Shown: piece by piece, positions 1 through 11,900 of the stretch
How positions within the stretch are numbered: the first letter of the stretch is position 1
Layout: every line of letters starts with the position of its first letter
Origin: Camelus dromedarius
Taxonomy: Eukaryota
Length of the DNA stretch: 64,000 nt
Assembly (NCBI RefSeq): GCF_036321535.1
Contig: NC_087437.1
Location: 55,926,001 to 55,990,000 of the forward strand
Direction: 5' to 3'
The notes under the pieces: model-generated
The model's database searches: none
The model's input: the letters and a program-made list of their open reading frames with translations, nothing else
What the model was told of the DNA's origin: nothing
Translations under genes and position numbers: made by a program

Positions 1-1089
1 ACGCCCCTCAGAGAAAGGGAACTCAGAGCCAATGTCCCTACAAACTGAAAGACCTGAGAGGAAAGTTGATCCTTAAATTCTAAGCATCAGAGTGATGACA
101 AGTTCATGTACATATAATAGGCAAAGACATGAGTTAAATTAACCCTTAACTTCAGACATCCTGCCATGATTCTTATGAATTAAGTGACTGTCTTAGCAAT
201 TAATTATTTATCTTATCCATATCCTTTTCATTTTGTCCAAATTTTCAGGTTCCTGAAGTCTAAGAAGGGAAGGGGATAAACCAGCCCAAAAGATAATGAG
301 ATGAGTAGGGGATCAGCTGTCATTTCAATGCAGGAAATCACCAGGGAGCGAACCATAGCATCAGCCAGCCCTACACTAGTAATTAGCTGTGGCCTAAAAA
401 GCAGGTTTCTGCATTCAAAATGATCTCACGTCTTATGAGTCAAACATAAGTATTCTGTGCGGCTCACACTCTCTCCTGCGATGCCCAGACATCATAACAA
501 GGGAACTCCACCTGAGATAGACACAGATTGAAGCAGATGGGGAACTGCCCTCCCTGGGTCACAGGAATGGCACCCGCCCTCAGTACATACATCGCCAGAC
601 TGGGAACACTGCTGGGCCAGGAAAAGAAAAGGATTCCGGGTTTTCATTTTCACATTGCTGGTCCGTAATCTCTTGAATATTTTTTTTTTTACCATGTCTT
701 TATTTTGATTAGATGTTGCCTTCTATTTAAGAGGAAACTTTGAGTCTGGGGGCCAAAGGACCAGGACAGGATGTGGAAGAAAAAGGCCAGCGCTGGCAGC
801 ATTGGTTTGGTCCTGGGCTCTGGGCTCTGGGCTCTGGGAGAGAGAGGATCCTTCCATCCACTACTTGCTGTAACACCAAGTGTCAGGTGGAAAACAACAT
901 GGTCTCAGGGCAGAGGTCCCATTCAGGAATGAACACCAGGCATTGGCTAGAACGTTCCTCGTGTTGTATCACATGGTGGATTGGCAGCAAAAGGCAGAGA
1001 ACATCTCAGGTATATAATTTACAGAAATACCCGAACACGGTTGCTTAAATTAAACTCCAGTGAGTAATGGTGACGACAACGGGGGTGTG

Positions 1090-1275
1090 GTAATTCCTGC
1101 TGTGGAGTGTGTTCTGTGTGCCACGTGACATGATCCCTCTACAGCCTTGTAAGTTAGGTATTAGTTATTCCACTGCACAGATGAGGAAGATAATGTTCAT
1201 CCAGAAAGTAAACAACTCTTTTAAGATCCCCCAGCTAGTTAATAACTGGGCCAGAGGGTGGGATTTTCACAGCCG
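1090..1275 (-). mobile_element. MIR. Further MIR/MIR3 remnants near 2440, 5230, 8690, 9830, 10060, 14820, 16130, 28410, 37690, 39240, 46670, 61700
   Basis: ACAGATGAGGAA / CCTCAGTTTCCTTATCTGTAAAATGG core motifs. Confidence 0.65.
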
Positions 1276-2907
1276 GTGAACTTCACTGCTTGCTAGCCCC
1301 GGTCTTGTGGGAGAGCCTTGGGTTTGGTCAATTATCACTGCTGCAGCCCCTCAGCAGAGAAAGTAGGAAGCCGAGGCTGGGTTCTCTGGAAACTTCTGCA
1401 CCTAAAGCGTTAGGGCTACTGATCTCAAAAGCCCTCAGCGGTGGATCCAGCTTCTTGGGTGGTAGGGCCTGATGGAGTCTTGCAGCCAAGACTGCGGCCT
1501 GGAGGGGAGGGTCAGCCCTCGTGAATTTCACAGTATTTCCTAAGGTAAGAAAAGAATGATTTCCTGAAGGAAGGAAGACAGAGGGGTAGGACGTGAGGAT
1601 GATGGGGAGAAAGGCTTCAGTGGGGCCTGGGACGGCTGTTGGAGGCCCGGAGCTATTTCCTGTCTCTGTCAGAGCAGATCACACCCTCACATCTCCCCTC
1701 AGCCCCAAGCAAGTACTGTTTTTTTAAATTTAGGAAAGAGATTATCTTTAGACAAGTGGCACCGATATCCTGCCACCCTGATGAAAAGCCCGGGAAGCCA
1801 ACGCCTCTCAGGGAAATGGCCCCGATCTCCACTTTGAAGCTGACGCTAAGCCTGTTTGCTTTGGGAGCTCCAGTAAGATCTGCGCTCGCTGCCCGCAGGC
1901 TGGCCCAGTGAGGCTGCTCCCGCAGGGAACAGGGCCAGCTTCCCAGGTGAGCGACCACGACAGTTAGTTACATCAAGCCACCTAGCAGCAGCGCCCACCT
2001 TGTGCCAGTGGGCTCACCTGCAGTCTTACCCCTGTCTGGAAAAGGGCCCCCAGGCCTTGGAGGGCAAGCTGGTGAGTGGAGAGGCTGAATATTTAGCAGT
2101 GACCTCCTCTCAGAACTTCTTGTCTTGGAGATGAGTGGGACCCCTGGAAAAAGACCGGTCTGCTGCACCGTCATCTTCTAGGCATCCTGCAGTTCATACG
2201 GGTTTCAGATTCTTCCACAGGGTAGGAACACAGTCCTCCCTCAGCACCTAGCGAATGAGCAGAGGGGCAGCGTCATCAGATCTGGCCTTCAGTGATGAGG
2301 CTGCGTTGGCCCTGCCTCTCACAGAGCCCAGACTAAGGACAGGGCCCTCTCTGTGGAAGGAGGAATGGAGGCAAGGCAACGGGACAAGCGTTTTCCTTGG
2401 CTCCACACTCCCGCCTTCCACCTTCACGGAGAATCACAAGTATGGGTTCAATGGCCAAGCCTAATCACGTGAGCGTCTTACCTTGAGTAAGTTGCTTGAA
2501 TTCTCTGTGCTTTGGTTTTTTATTTACTAAAACTATGACTGTACAGACTCTAGGGATGGAGAACAAACCAGTGATGGGCAGGGAGCCGGGGTAGGGAGGG
2601 AATGACTAGAAAGGCCAGCAGGTGTGCGAAGGAGCAGTTCTGTGTCAGGACTGTCGTGACTTTATGCATTTGGCAAAGCTGATAGAACTGAAAAGGCTGT
2701 GTAAATTTAAAAATAAATACATTTTAAAAGTGTGATTAAAATATGTCAAAGGTCAGTTATAAGGGTAAAGATGATAAAAAGTTTGCAAGAACACAGCACA
2801 AAGAATGGCCCATCCATGTCTTAAACATAGGTCAGGGGTTTTTCTTTTCATTTCTTTTTGAGTTTATTTTATCCATAAAATGGGAATAAACAAAATATTA
2901 CTTCTTA

Positions 2908-3308
2908 TAAGTCAGACAGAGAAAGACAAATATCATATGATATCATCTACATGTGGAATCTTAAAAAAAACACAAATTTTATTTACCAGCCAGAAATAGA
3001 CTCACGGACATAGAAAATAAACTAGGTTATCAAAGGGGAGAGCAGGGGGGAGGGATAGATTAGGAGTTGGAATTAACAGATACACATTACTATATATAAA
3101 GTAGATACACAACAAGGACCTACTGCAGAGCACGGAGAACTATATTCAGTTTCTTGTAATAAGATATAATGGAAAAGAATATGAAAATCTATGTATATAT
3201 ATGTGTATGTATATGTATAATTGAATTGCTTTGCTGTACACCTGAAACTAACATTGTAAATCAACTATACTTCAATAAAGAATAAATTTTTTTTTAAAAA
3301 AGAAAGAG
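2908..3308 (+). mobile_element. 5'-truncated L1 3' end (cetartiodactyl type)
   Basis: Typical L1 3' UTR, G-rich tract, AATAAA and A tail; 14-bp TSD AATATTACTTCTTA at 2894-2907 and 3309-3322. Confidence 0.9.
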
Positions 3309-5489
3309 AATATTACTTCTTAGAAGCATTAAAGTCTTATCTTCTTCCTAAGCATGGTGCAAGGCTAATGCGAGGTTACGGATATAAACACTTTATCAGC
3401 AGCCAAGATAGAGCCATTCATTCATTCATTCACTCATTCATTCATCCATGCACATTTCTGAATGATTTGTTGAGTAAGGTCCTGTGCTAGGCCCTGCTGG
3501 ATAAGACAACAGAGCCAATGCCTCCCCTAGTGCGACTCACAGCCGAGGGAGGGGAACACAGATGGAAACACTGGAGAACCACCGAATGCTGCGTGTGCTA
3601 AGTTTCACTGGCTAAGAGGATTTTCTAAAGGACATCCAACACTGCCTCTTTTTTTCTAAATACACTGCCTAAGTATTTTCTAAAATGAGACTTGGAAGTC
3701 AAGTAGAAGATGGACCCAAGAAGCAGCAGGGAAAGAAGAAGGGTATACACAGGGGAAACTATACACAGAAAGATTTGGAAGTGAGGGAGAGCAACACTCA
3801 TTTAGGAGCAGAAAATCTTTGTCTGGTTGGGTTTGGGGTGGTTCATTGTGAAGACTGAAGCCTTTGACAGGGCCCTGGACCAAGTGACCATTAAGGAGTC
3901 TTGTAACCTCCTGAGTATGTAGTTCTCTGGCCATTCTTAGCTCCCTCTTTGTACGCACTTGAAAGCAGCTGCAACCTTGGTCCTTTTCTTCCCGTTGAGA
4001 ATCTGGATCAGACCCTAGGAAAAGTCTCTACCTTAGGAACATGACCTTTGAGATTCCTTGCATTAGCTTTTGCATAATCACTCAACTCCCTACCTGAGGT
4101 TTTCACCACCAGTTGGGAGGAGGCAGGAGTCGTGGAAAGGATTCAAATCCTCTAAGGCTGCTCAATGATGTCAACCCAATTACCAGAGACAGCGCTATCT
4201 GCCAGGTAATGCCCCTCAGGTATCTGCACCTGTGTGGCTCTGGGTGGAATTCTGTGATGTGACACTTGGCTGACAGAAATTCTGCCCCTCCCTACCTCTT
4301 TTTTCCCCTCCTGAAAAGGAAGCAGAAACAGCAGTGGGGCAAAACCCCAGTTGTCTTAAAAGAGTTTCGGCAATTACCAGGAAACCCTGCAACTTTGGGT
4401 ATTCCGATGAATGAATATTTAAAGGTCAGGCCTGCTGTTGCACTATTATGCAACAGGATGGCTACACCAATTATTAAGCTTTTATAAATAGCTGCTTCCT
4501 CCAGACCAGCCGCTGGACCAGCCCAACCCCTGCTGCCCTAGCCACCCCAGTCCCTCCTCCAGAACCCCTGGGACAGCCTGACAATCCAGCAACTAAGTTA
4601 AAGCCCACGTGGAGGGTCTCTGCTGGGCCCCACCCCAGAGCTTTATCTGTTCCAATTGGTTAGAACATACTGATTGTCACATGTTGTAAATATCACCTCT
4701 CTGGAAGAAAGACGGCAACTGAGCAGCTGACTTCCTTGAGTAAATCTGTTCTTCTTTCTGGCCTTCTATCAGTCAATAAAAACTAAAGTTAGTATCATTT
4801 TATTAGATACATGGAGTTTTGGGATTTGTTGATTTCTCGGGTTTCTTCCACCCTTAACATTCTATGATTCTGCAAACTGTGAAGTTCAGATTCCTGTATC
4901 TGAGGTCCAGCTAGTTCAAGTATTATCCAGAGGAAGGAGCTGACAGTCCATGTATGGTATGAGTGGGAACTTCTCAAAATCATAGATTTACAGCACTTTA
5001 AAGCTCGGAGCAAATTCAAGTTCACTTCACCCAGCAGGCTTTTTGGAATGTGTTCCTCTGAGCTCAAGAGAGAGCACAGAGGTGGACAAAGAGGGACGGG
5101 TGGACAGAGCGCCAAAGTCCTGGCTCCTGCTTCAACGCACACAGCCACGACCTCTCCTGTCTTATACAGTGGTATTCTTCCCAAGATTTTATTCAAGAAA
5201 TATTTCTGTGTCTGGGTGGCAAGTTCTAAAATCCTTAAATCCTGGCTCGCTTGGCAACTTGCTCTCACTAGGGCCTTGAGTGGGTTACTTAACATCTTTG
5301 AGCCTCAGTTTCCTTATCTGTAAAATGGAGCCGATAGTACGATTTCACAAGGTTTAGAGCACAGCCAAGCATTCAATACAACATCTGGCAAGAACTAGGG
5401 GTTTGATATCTATTTGCTGGATCTGAATTCAACCCATGGTTACTTCCTTGAGGTGGAATCCAAGTTCCCAGAGCCACTTTGTAAAGATG

Positions 5490-5491
<2 letters not shown>

Positions 5492-5535
<44 letters not shown>
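5492..5535. repeat. (AC)22 microsatellite
   Basis: Direct reading. Confidence 0.98.
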
Positions 5536-5536
<1 letters not shown>

Positions 5537-6599
5537 AGGAACTGCCAAGGGGACATTTCAACAGCAGCAATTACACTTGCAACACTTGCTATTGCCCTGT
5601 TACCAAACAAGGTGACAACAGCAAAATCCTATTCAACCATGACTGCAGAGGGAGATCGCCCTGATAATCCCTGCAACACCACGGATTTGGTTACTGCCGA
5701 GTAACTCGCTGACCTTACTGGACTCAGATTTGTATCCACACGGTAGCTACTCAGGAGAAGTTGAATAACCAGTCTGGTCCCTCACACTCAGGGTGCGGCA
5801 GCTGTAGCACTGAAGTGTCTCCTTTAACTTGATTAATCCATTCCCTTCCACCCTCTCTCCAAGGACCCTGTCTAAGATGGTGGCCAATCGGTATCTCCCA
5901 CCTGAGACGGGTGGGCAATAGACAGAAAACTGCGTGCATCTTGAATTACTTCCCTTTTCTGAAGGGGTGATTCTTTTCCAAATGGAACAGCCTAGATCAG
6001 CCTCTCTTCTGTTAAACTGTCTGTTCTCCTATGACTAATCTGAGAATCCACCCACTCTGGGGGCCATGAGGCTGGCGTGAGGAAAGATTTCCAATCAGTG
6101 TTCTAATCACAAATTGTGTCTGTGCAGGGCTTTGTAATGAGATGGGTTTTGTCCCACCTTTGGTGTCATTTTCTGGGCTGGTAGGATACTTTATCCCTGG
6201 GCTGAGGTTAATCTGAGTCCTCTAATGAATGGTCTAGGTCAGCCCGGCTCAGTCGTCTGCCTCCTGTACCTCTCCTCACATATGAAATCCTCATGTCTCT
6301 TGTACACATTTTTTTTCTCATTTGGAACTTCCATAATGCCTCTTTCCTTCTTAATGTTTCTCTGCCTCTGAGCTCTGTTTAATACAAATTTGAATGCTGC
6401 TTCTCACATATCACTGACTGGTTGACTTTGAGAATACCGCTGTTTGTAGCATCCTTACAGAGCCCTGGGTCCAAGGCCATAATTTCACAGTCAGAGAAAA
6501 CAAGACCTAGAGGGAGAGAGCAGTTTCCTCAAAGTCTCCCAGACCCCGTGCGACTCAATTAAAACTTGTGACTCTCAGTCAACACTCCTTCGACTGAGT

Positions 6600-7600
6600 G
6601 TCCACTCCTTCATGTAATCATGTAAACAAGCACTCAGTAAGTATTTCTGAATTTCTACTCTGGGCCATGTACTATTCTAAACCCTGGAAATATAGTCATG
6701 AATAAAATTCCTACCCTAGAAAGTATGTGCTGAGTGGCAATGGCAGCTGCAGGCATTCAAGTGTAAAAGCAGGTCACAGAGGACCCCCTAAGAAAGTGTA
6801 CTTTGACCTTGATTTGATGGGCATGAGGGATAAGCCATGTGGACATCTGAAGGAAGAATGTTAAGGCATCAACAACAGTCAGTACAAAGGCCCTGGGGCA
6901 GGAGCAGGCTGTAAGTGTTCTAGGAACAGTCAGGAGAGCAGTGCCCCTGGGCTGACGAGGTAATTGCGGAGTACTGAGAGGTAAGAGCAGAGAATAATTG
7001 GCTTAGCCAGTGAGATAGAAAACCAGTGAAAGATTTTGAGCAGAGGAGTGACAGGATCCAACTTTCGTTTCAGAAAAGTGACTCTGGATTTTGGACTGAG
7101 AATACACGTAAAGGAGACAAGGGTGGAAACCAGGGCAGGAGTTAGGAGGCTACTGCAATACCACAGAGAGACAATGATTGCTTGGACCAGGGTGGGGAGA
7201 GTGGAGATGCCACGAAGACATCTACTGTGGGTCTCAGTGTAGATGGACCTAAACTCAGTAATTAGGAGAGTGAGAAGGGTGGCAGCAGGGGAATGAAGAG
7301 GGTGGGTGAGTAGTCTCAACAGGGAGATGGAACTTAGCCTGGGGCTGTAGCGGGTCAGGGAAGGCTTTCTAGAGGAAGAAGGATGCAAGACAAAAGCTGA
7401 CTTGACTTGCACGTAAGGTGACCAGCTGTCCAGGTTTGCCTGGGACTGTCCTGGTTTTGACGTTCAGTCCTAGGGAAACCGAGACGGTTGATCATCCTGG
7501 TGAATCTGGAGAGGTTTGGGGAGCATAAGAGTGTTCTGGGAAGAGAAGACAGAATGCAAACATCTGAGAGGCAAGAACAGGCAGTCTGGGTTAGGGAGTC
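6600..7600. mobile_element. L2 remnants
   Basis: Purine-rich L2 motifs (GATTTTGAGCAGAGGAGTGACAGGATC, GTTAGGAGGCTACTGCAATA); boundaries approximate. Confidence 0.7.
7414..7499. mobile_element. MER81/MER94-like hAT-Blackjack MITE nested in L2
   Basis: Terminal inverted repeats TAAGGTGACCAGCTGTCCAGGTTT / AAACCGAGACGGTTGATCATCCTG. Confidence 0.75.
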
Positions 7601-8142
7601 AAGGAGGGAAAGGCGGTAGAAAGGGCTCCAATATTCACAGTTCCGTCATCATAAGAAGAATGAAACTGATTTTGATGTCAGTGGAAGGGATTTAAACAAA
7701 GATTGGTAACACCAGTACCTTGGCAGTTTTATCCCTCCCATCAATTTCCTTACTTGTAAAGGAGCGGTAAACAATCCCCACCATTTATAAGTTTCAGATG
7801 AAAAGTGAAAAGCAAGAAATCAATAAGCAGGGAAGGAAATAAGTTGCACCAAAGCGTTCCATCGAGCGCTGAGTTGCTGCTTGAAAGTCCTCCTGCCCAG
7901 TAAGATCATGTTGCCTCTGAAAACCAATTTTTTTTTTCCCTTATTCTCCCTACTTGCATTATTGACATCATTATTTTCCTAGGCTCAAAATCTCAGAATC
8001 ATGGTTTTTATCTTCTTTCCTTGGTGATTCTGTCAGCCATCAATTCCTTATTTCTTTTCTCTTCAGAATAGTTCTCCTCAGCTCTCGACTGTGAGTCCCG
8101 CCACTGCCAGCCTGATCCAGACTGTCCTCACATTGCGCTTGG

Positions 8143-8370
8143 CAGTGGGGGACCGGAAGGTGTCGAGGGACAGGGGATGGCGGCTAGTGGCATTAGACTT
8201 CCCTGGGCTGCAGGCAGTAAGGAGTTGTGTTGTCTGTAGGGAATTAAAAACCAGTCAATTTAAAGTTAATCTGCTTTGTATTATTTCTATGTGCCAGCAA
8301 TGACTGGCAGTGATAAGATCTCCTCCCCACTGGAGGAGGCCACTCCCATTTACTACCACCCCCCCCAGCC
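8143..8370. mobile_element. MER97-like (hAT-Tip100) element
   Basis: TGCAGGCAGTAAGGAGTTGTGTTGTCTGTAGGGAATTAAAAAC...CAGTGATAAGATCTCCTCCCC resembles recalled MER97. Confidence 0.55.
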
Positions 8371-8918
8371 TCAAATCCTGTAATATTTTCTTTATTGGTG
8401 TCCTGATCTCTCTCCTTTTCCTTCCATTATCTCATGTGCCAGCTTTGCTCTGCCACTACGGTGAGTAACCACCCATCTCTGGCTTTCCCAAACCTCAGAA
8501 GCCTTCCTGAGGTTTACAGGCTCAAGCCCCAGTACCGCAGTCTAGCTTTCGGTCAAGCCCTCGGTAACCCGAAGCCAGCCTGACAACTGAAACTTATCCT
8601 GTTACTCTGCATCCCAGACTCTCTTTGCTGTGAGTCTGTGTCACAAGCAGGGCTTCCTACTGCACTCACTGGGAGAAAAACGAGTCAGAGGATCCTGACA
8701 CCACCAGAGACTGCTTGTGTGGCCTTACACAAGTTACTTTCCCTCTAAGGGTCTCAACATTCTTACTAGTCAAGGAATAATAATAATAATAATACCTGTA
8801 GAACTGAAGTCACAGGATTGCCGTCAGGGCCGAATGAGATCATGGCTGTGAAAGTCTCCATCCACGTGGTCCGTGACAACTATTGTAAGAGGCAGAGGTG
8901 ATACTTGTCGGAGTAGCG

Positions 8919-8932
8919 GTTGCCATGGTTAC
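8919..8932. promoter_or_regulatory. RFX X-box motif
   Basis: GTTGCCATGGTTAC; reverse complement GTAACCATGGCAAC fits GTHNYY-AT-RRNAAC. Confidence 0.45.
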
Positions 8933-11900
8933 AGAATTGATGTTCATGGCAATTCACGGCTCTGCGTTTACTGTTCATTTTACCTTTTGCTTCTTCCATC
9001 TTTGCTGTTCCATGTCCAACTCATCCTTTAAGGACCAGCTCTAGACCAACTCCCTCAAAAATTCTCCCTGGGCTATCTAAGCCTCCTCTCATCTCTGCTC
9101 TCTTCAAAAAACTCCAAAACATACACTCTTCGTGTTTGCACAGAGCAGGTATATCATCTTTTATTGTGTAGCCTTTCTACCCAGACTATATGCCCCCCTC
9201 TTACGTTTGCTTAACATCCTTCCTAGTAGATGTTAAACCAAGACTTGTCAAAATGAATGCGTGAACAAATGAATGCACAGAAGTATCTTTTTTTACCCCT
9301 TCGAGCAAAATATGCTGACAGTGCCCTCTACTGCTAAGCAATGATTCTGTGTTTTCTACACAGTGGAAAAGCAAGTGAGAGAATGCTTAATAAAAGGAAT
9401 AGGTAGAAATTGTTGTGCCTCTCAATGTGCTGGGACAGAGAGGACCAGGAACAGCCAATGAAACATTGCAGTGCAGAGACTAGGAAGCCAGAAGGGCCAG
9501 ACCAGGTGGCTGACAGAAAAGCGGGCATCTCCTTTCTCGACTGATGACTGACAATCAGCTTGGAATGGAAACACCCTCTTGATTTTATGTAACAGGTTTC
9601 TCTTCACTTGTTCTCCTGCCCCAGCAATAAGTGTGTTATTTTTGGCCAGAGAGAAATTTTAAATCAAATTGTATGAAAACTAACTTTGAGGATTCCAAGA
9701 TGCTTCCTGAGAGAAGGCATTATTAAGAAGTGTCGTGGGGCTAGGAAAGCATTGCTAGAAAAGTCATAGTTCTAGTCTTTTTTTTCTTTTCTTTTTAGGT
9801 TCTCTGATATAGTAAAAATGTCAATTGCCTTTTAATGGTTGCTTGCTATGTGCTTAGTGTTTTCCTTCTATGATCTCAATTAAAGCTCATGACAGCTCAT
9901 CAGGTAGGTATCACTAGCCCTTTGCAGATGCAGACTTTGGAAATGAGAGGGCAGGAGATGTGTCCATTATCAGAGAGCGAGTAAAGTCAGTCAGGCTCCC
10001 CAAGTCTAGGAGGCACAAAACCCGTGTCTTCTCTGCTGCTGACCCCTGACTCATGTGATGGGGCTCTGGACTGGGAGTCGGGCTCCTGGGGTTAAGTCCA
10101 GACTGTACCAGTAAGTTTCAAAGTAAAGTTGGGTGAATGAACTTCTTGTCTGGGCTTCCATTTCCCCAGCTCTAAAATAAAGCGCATAGGACTGGATGCT
10201 CCCTAAGGCCCCTCCCACCTTGGAGTCTGTTGTTTGCAGTGATTGTCATTGGCTGAACTATAAATACAAAGCCTTATCATGGTTTCGATTCTCCACATGT
10301 TTCCTCCACAAGATTGATCTCAGTCTAACCAGCTCTGGACAGTTCAGTGCTGACTGCAGATAAGCAATGACCACAAACTCTCTAGGCTGAGCTTTGAGGG
10401 CCATTTGGATATCTTTCTATTTCGTCTGTAAATAGTTCTGCATGAAAACGATGCGTTTATATTCTCCGTAGAGTTGAAAGCATGATAGCTATCAGTCTCT
10501 GCTGATTCTAAAGGCAGGGCAGTCTGAAGTTTTCAGTCTGCCCATCTGTCACATTTGACATTTCTGACACCCGGTCTTTAGTTGGTAAGGGCCTCTGTGG
10601 GCATCGTGTCCCAGGTTGGTGGGCGCACCTCAGCAGAGCGGAGTCCCCAGGAACAGCATCTCCCTGTCTGCGTGGTGCCGAGCCTTTGAAGTGGCTCACT
10701 GGTGCTTCAAAGCAAAGTTCATGGTACAGGGAGCAACATCTGATGTACTTTTATTACTCTTAGAGACCAAAAAAACATTACTCAGAAGCCAAATGTCTAG
10801 AGGAAAAATCTGTACCCTGTGCTCAGCCCTGCGGCCTGAAGTTCAGAGGAGGCTCAAAGTGCTCCCTTCAAGGAAACCGGAGCGTGTTGAAACAGAGCCG
10901 TAACCAGACCTGGCACTCTCTGAGCGGTGGTAGCAACCATCTTACCGAAGACACCACGCTCCTTCTGGATTTCCACTGGGGTGTGGAGGAGTGCTGATAC
11001 CTGGGGTCAGACAAGCACATCAGAATTCCTCTGCCCTCTGTTATCTCTTCGTAAAAATGGATCCGAATTGTAAAATGCCCTTAGAGACTACAGCCACTTA
11101 TTTTTAACTTGGGAAACTGACACCTGTGACTTTAAGTCACATCATTCGTCTACTCTGGGTTTCTCTTTCCACGTGAATAATGGCCCCATCTCCTGGGACG
11201 TCGTGAAATGCATAGTGACTACAAAGCTACACAATGAAGACAAGTGGAATGTTCTCCAGGAACCCTGACTCCGCACAGTCAGGGGAGGCCCCACAATGCC
11301 TTCCTGCCTGTTCTTCACTTGAAGTAGCTGAAGGTGCATTAGATTGTGAATCAGGACTGCTCATAACCCAACTGTGCTAAAAAATGTTGTTACACCTTCA
11401 TCTCCGATACTGAGAAAGGGAGAAAAAAAGAAAAAAAAAAACTAAACAGCGTTTATTTAATTACCAATAATAATGCCAAATGAGTATAATTCTGATTCAT
11501 AATATCTTGTAAGGAAAGCATGTCCTGAAACTCTGAACTTCAACTACAATAAAAATACTGGTGCCCGTTCAGTAAACGTTGCTAAATGTTGGAATATTAT
11601 GAGAGCCGAGGGTAGTTGTCTGGTGACCAGAAGCCTTGAAGTTGGCTTCTAAGCCTCAGGGTCTCTTAATTTATTCTTGGTCTAAGCAATATGATTGCTT
11701 AAGACCTTCAAAGGCATTTGCAAAGTTTAGCGAACCAAAACCCAGTACAGAGAACAAACGCAGTTAAGTGTGATTGGACGCTTTATTGCATAATGTCTTC
11801 TTATTCAACCCTTTGGTTCTAAGTTGGGTGAACGGGCCCCATGGACTCCTGTTGGAGCTGGTTTGCTTCCACGGATTCCCAAAGCTTCCGAAACTCTGTT

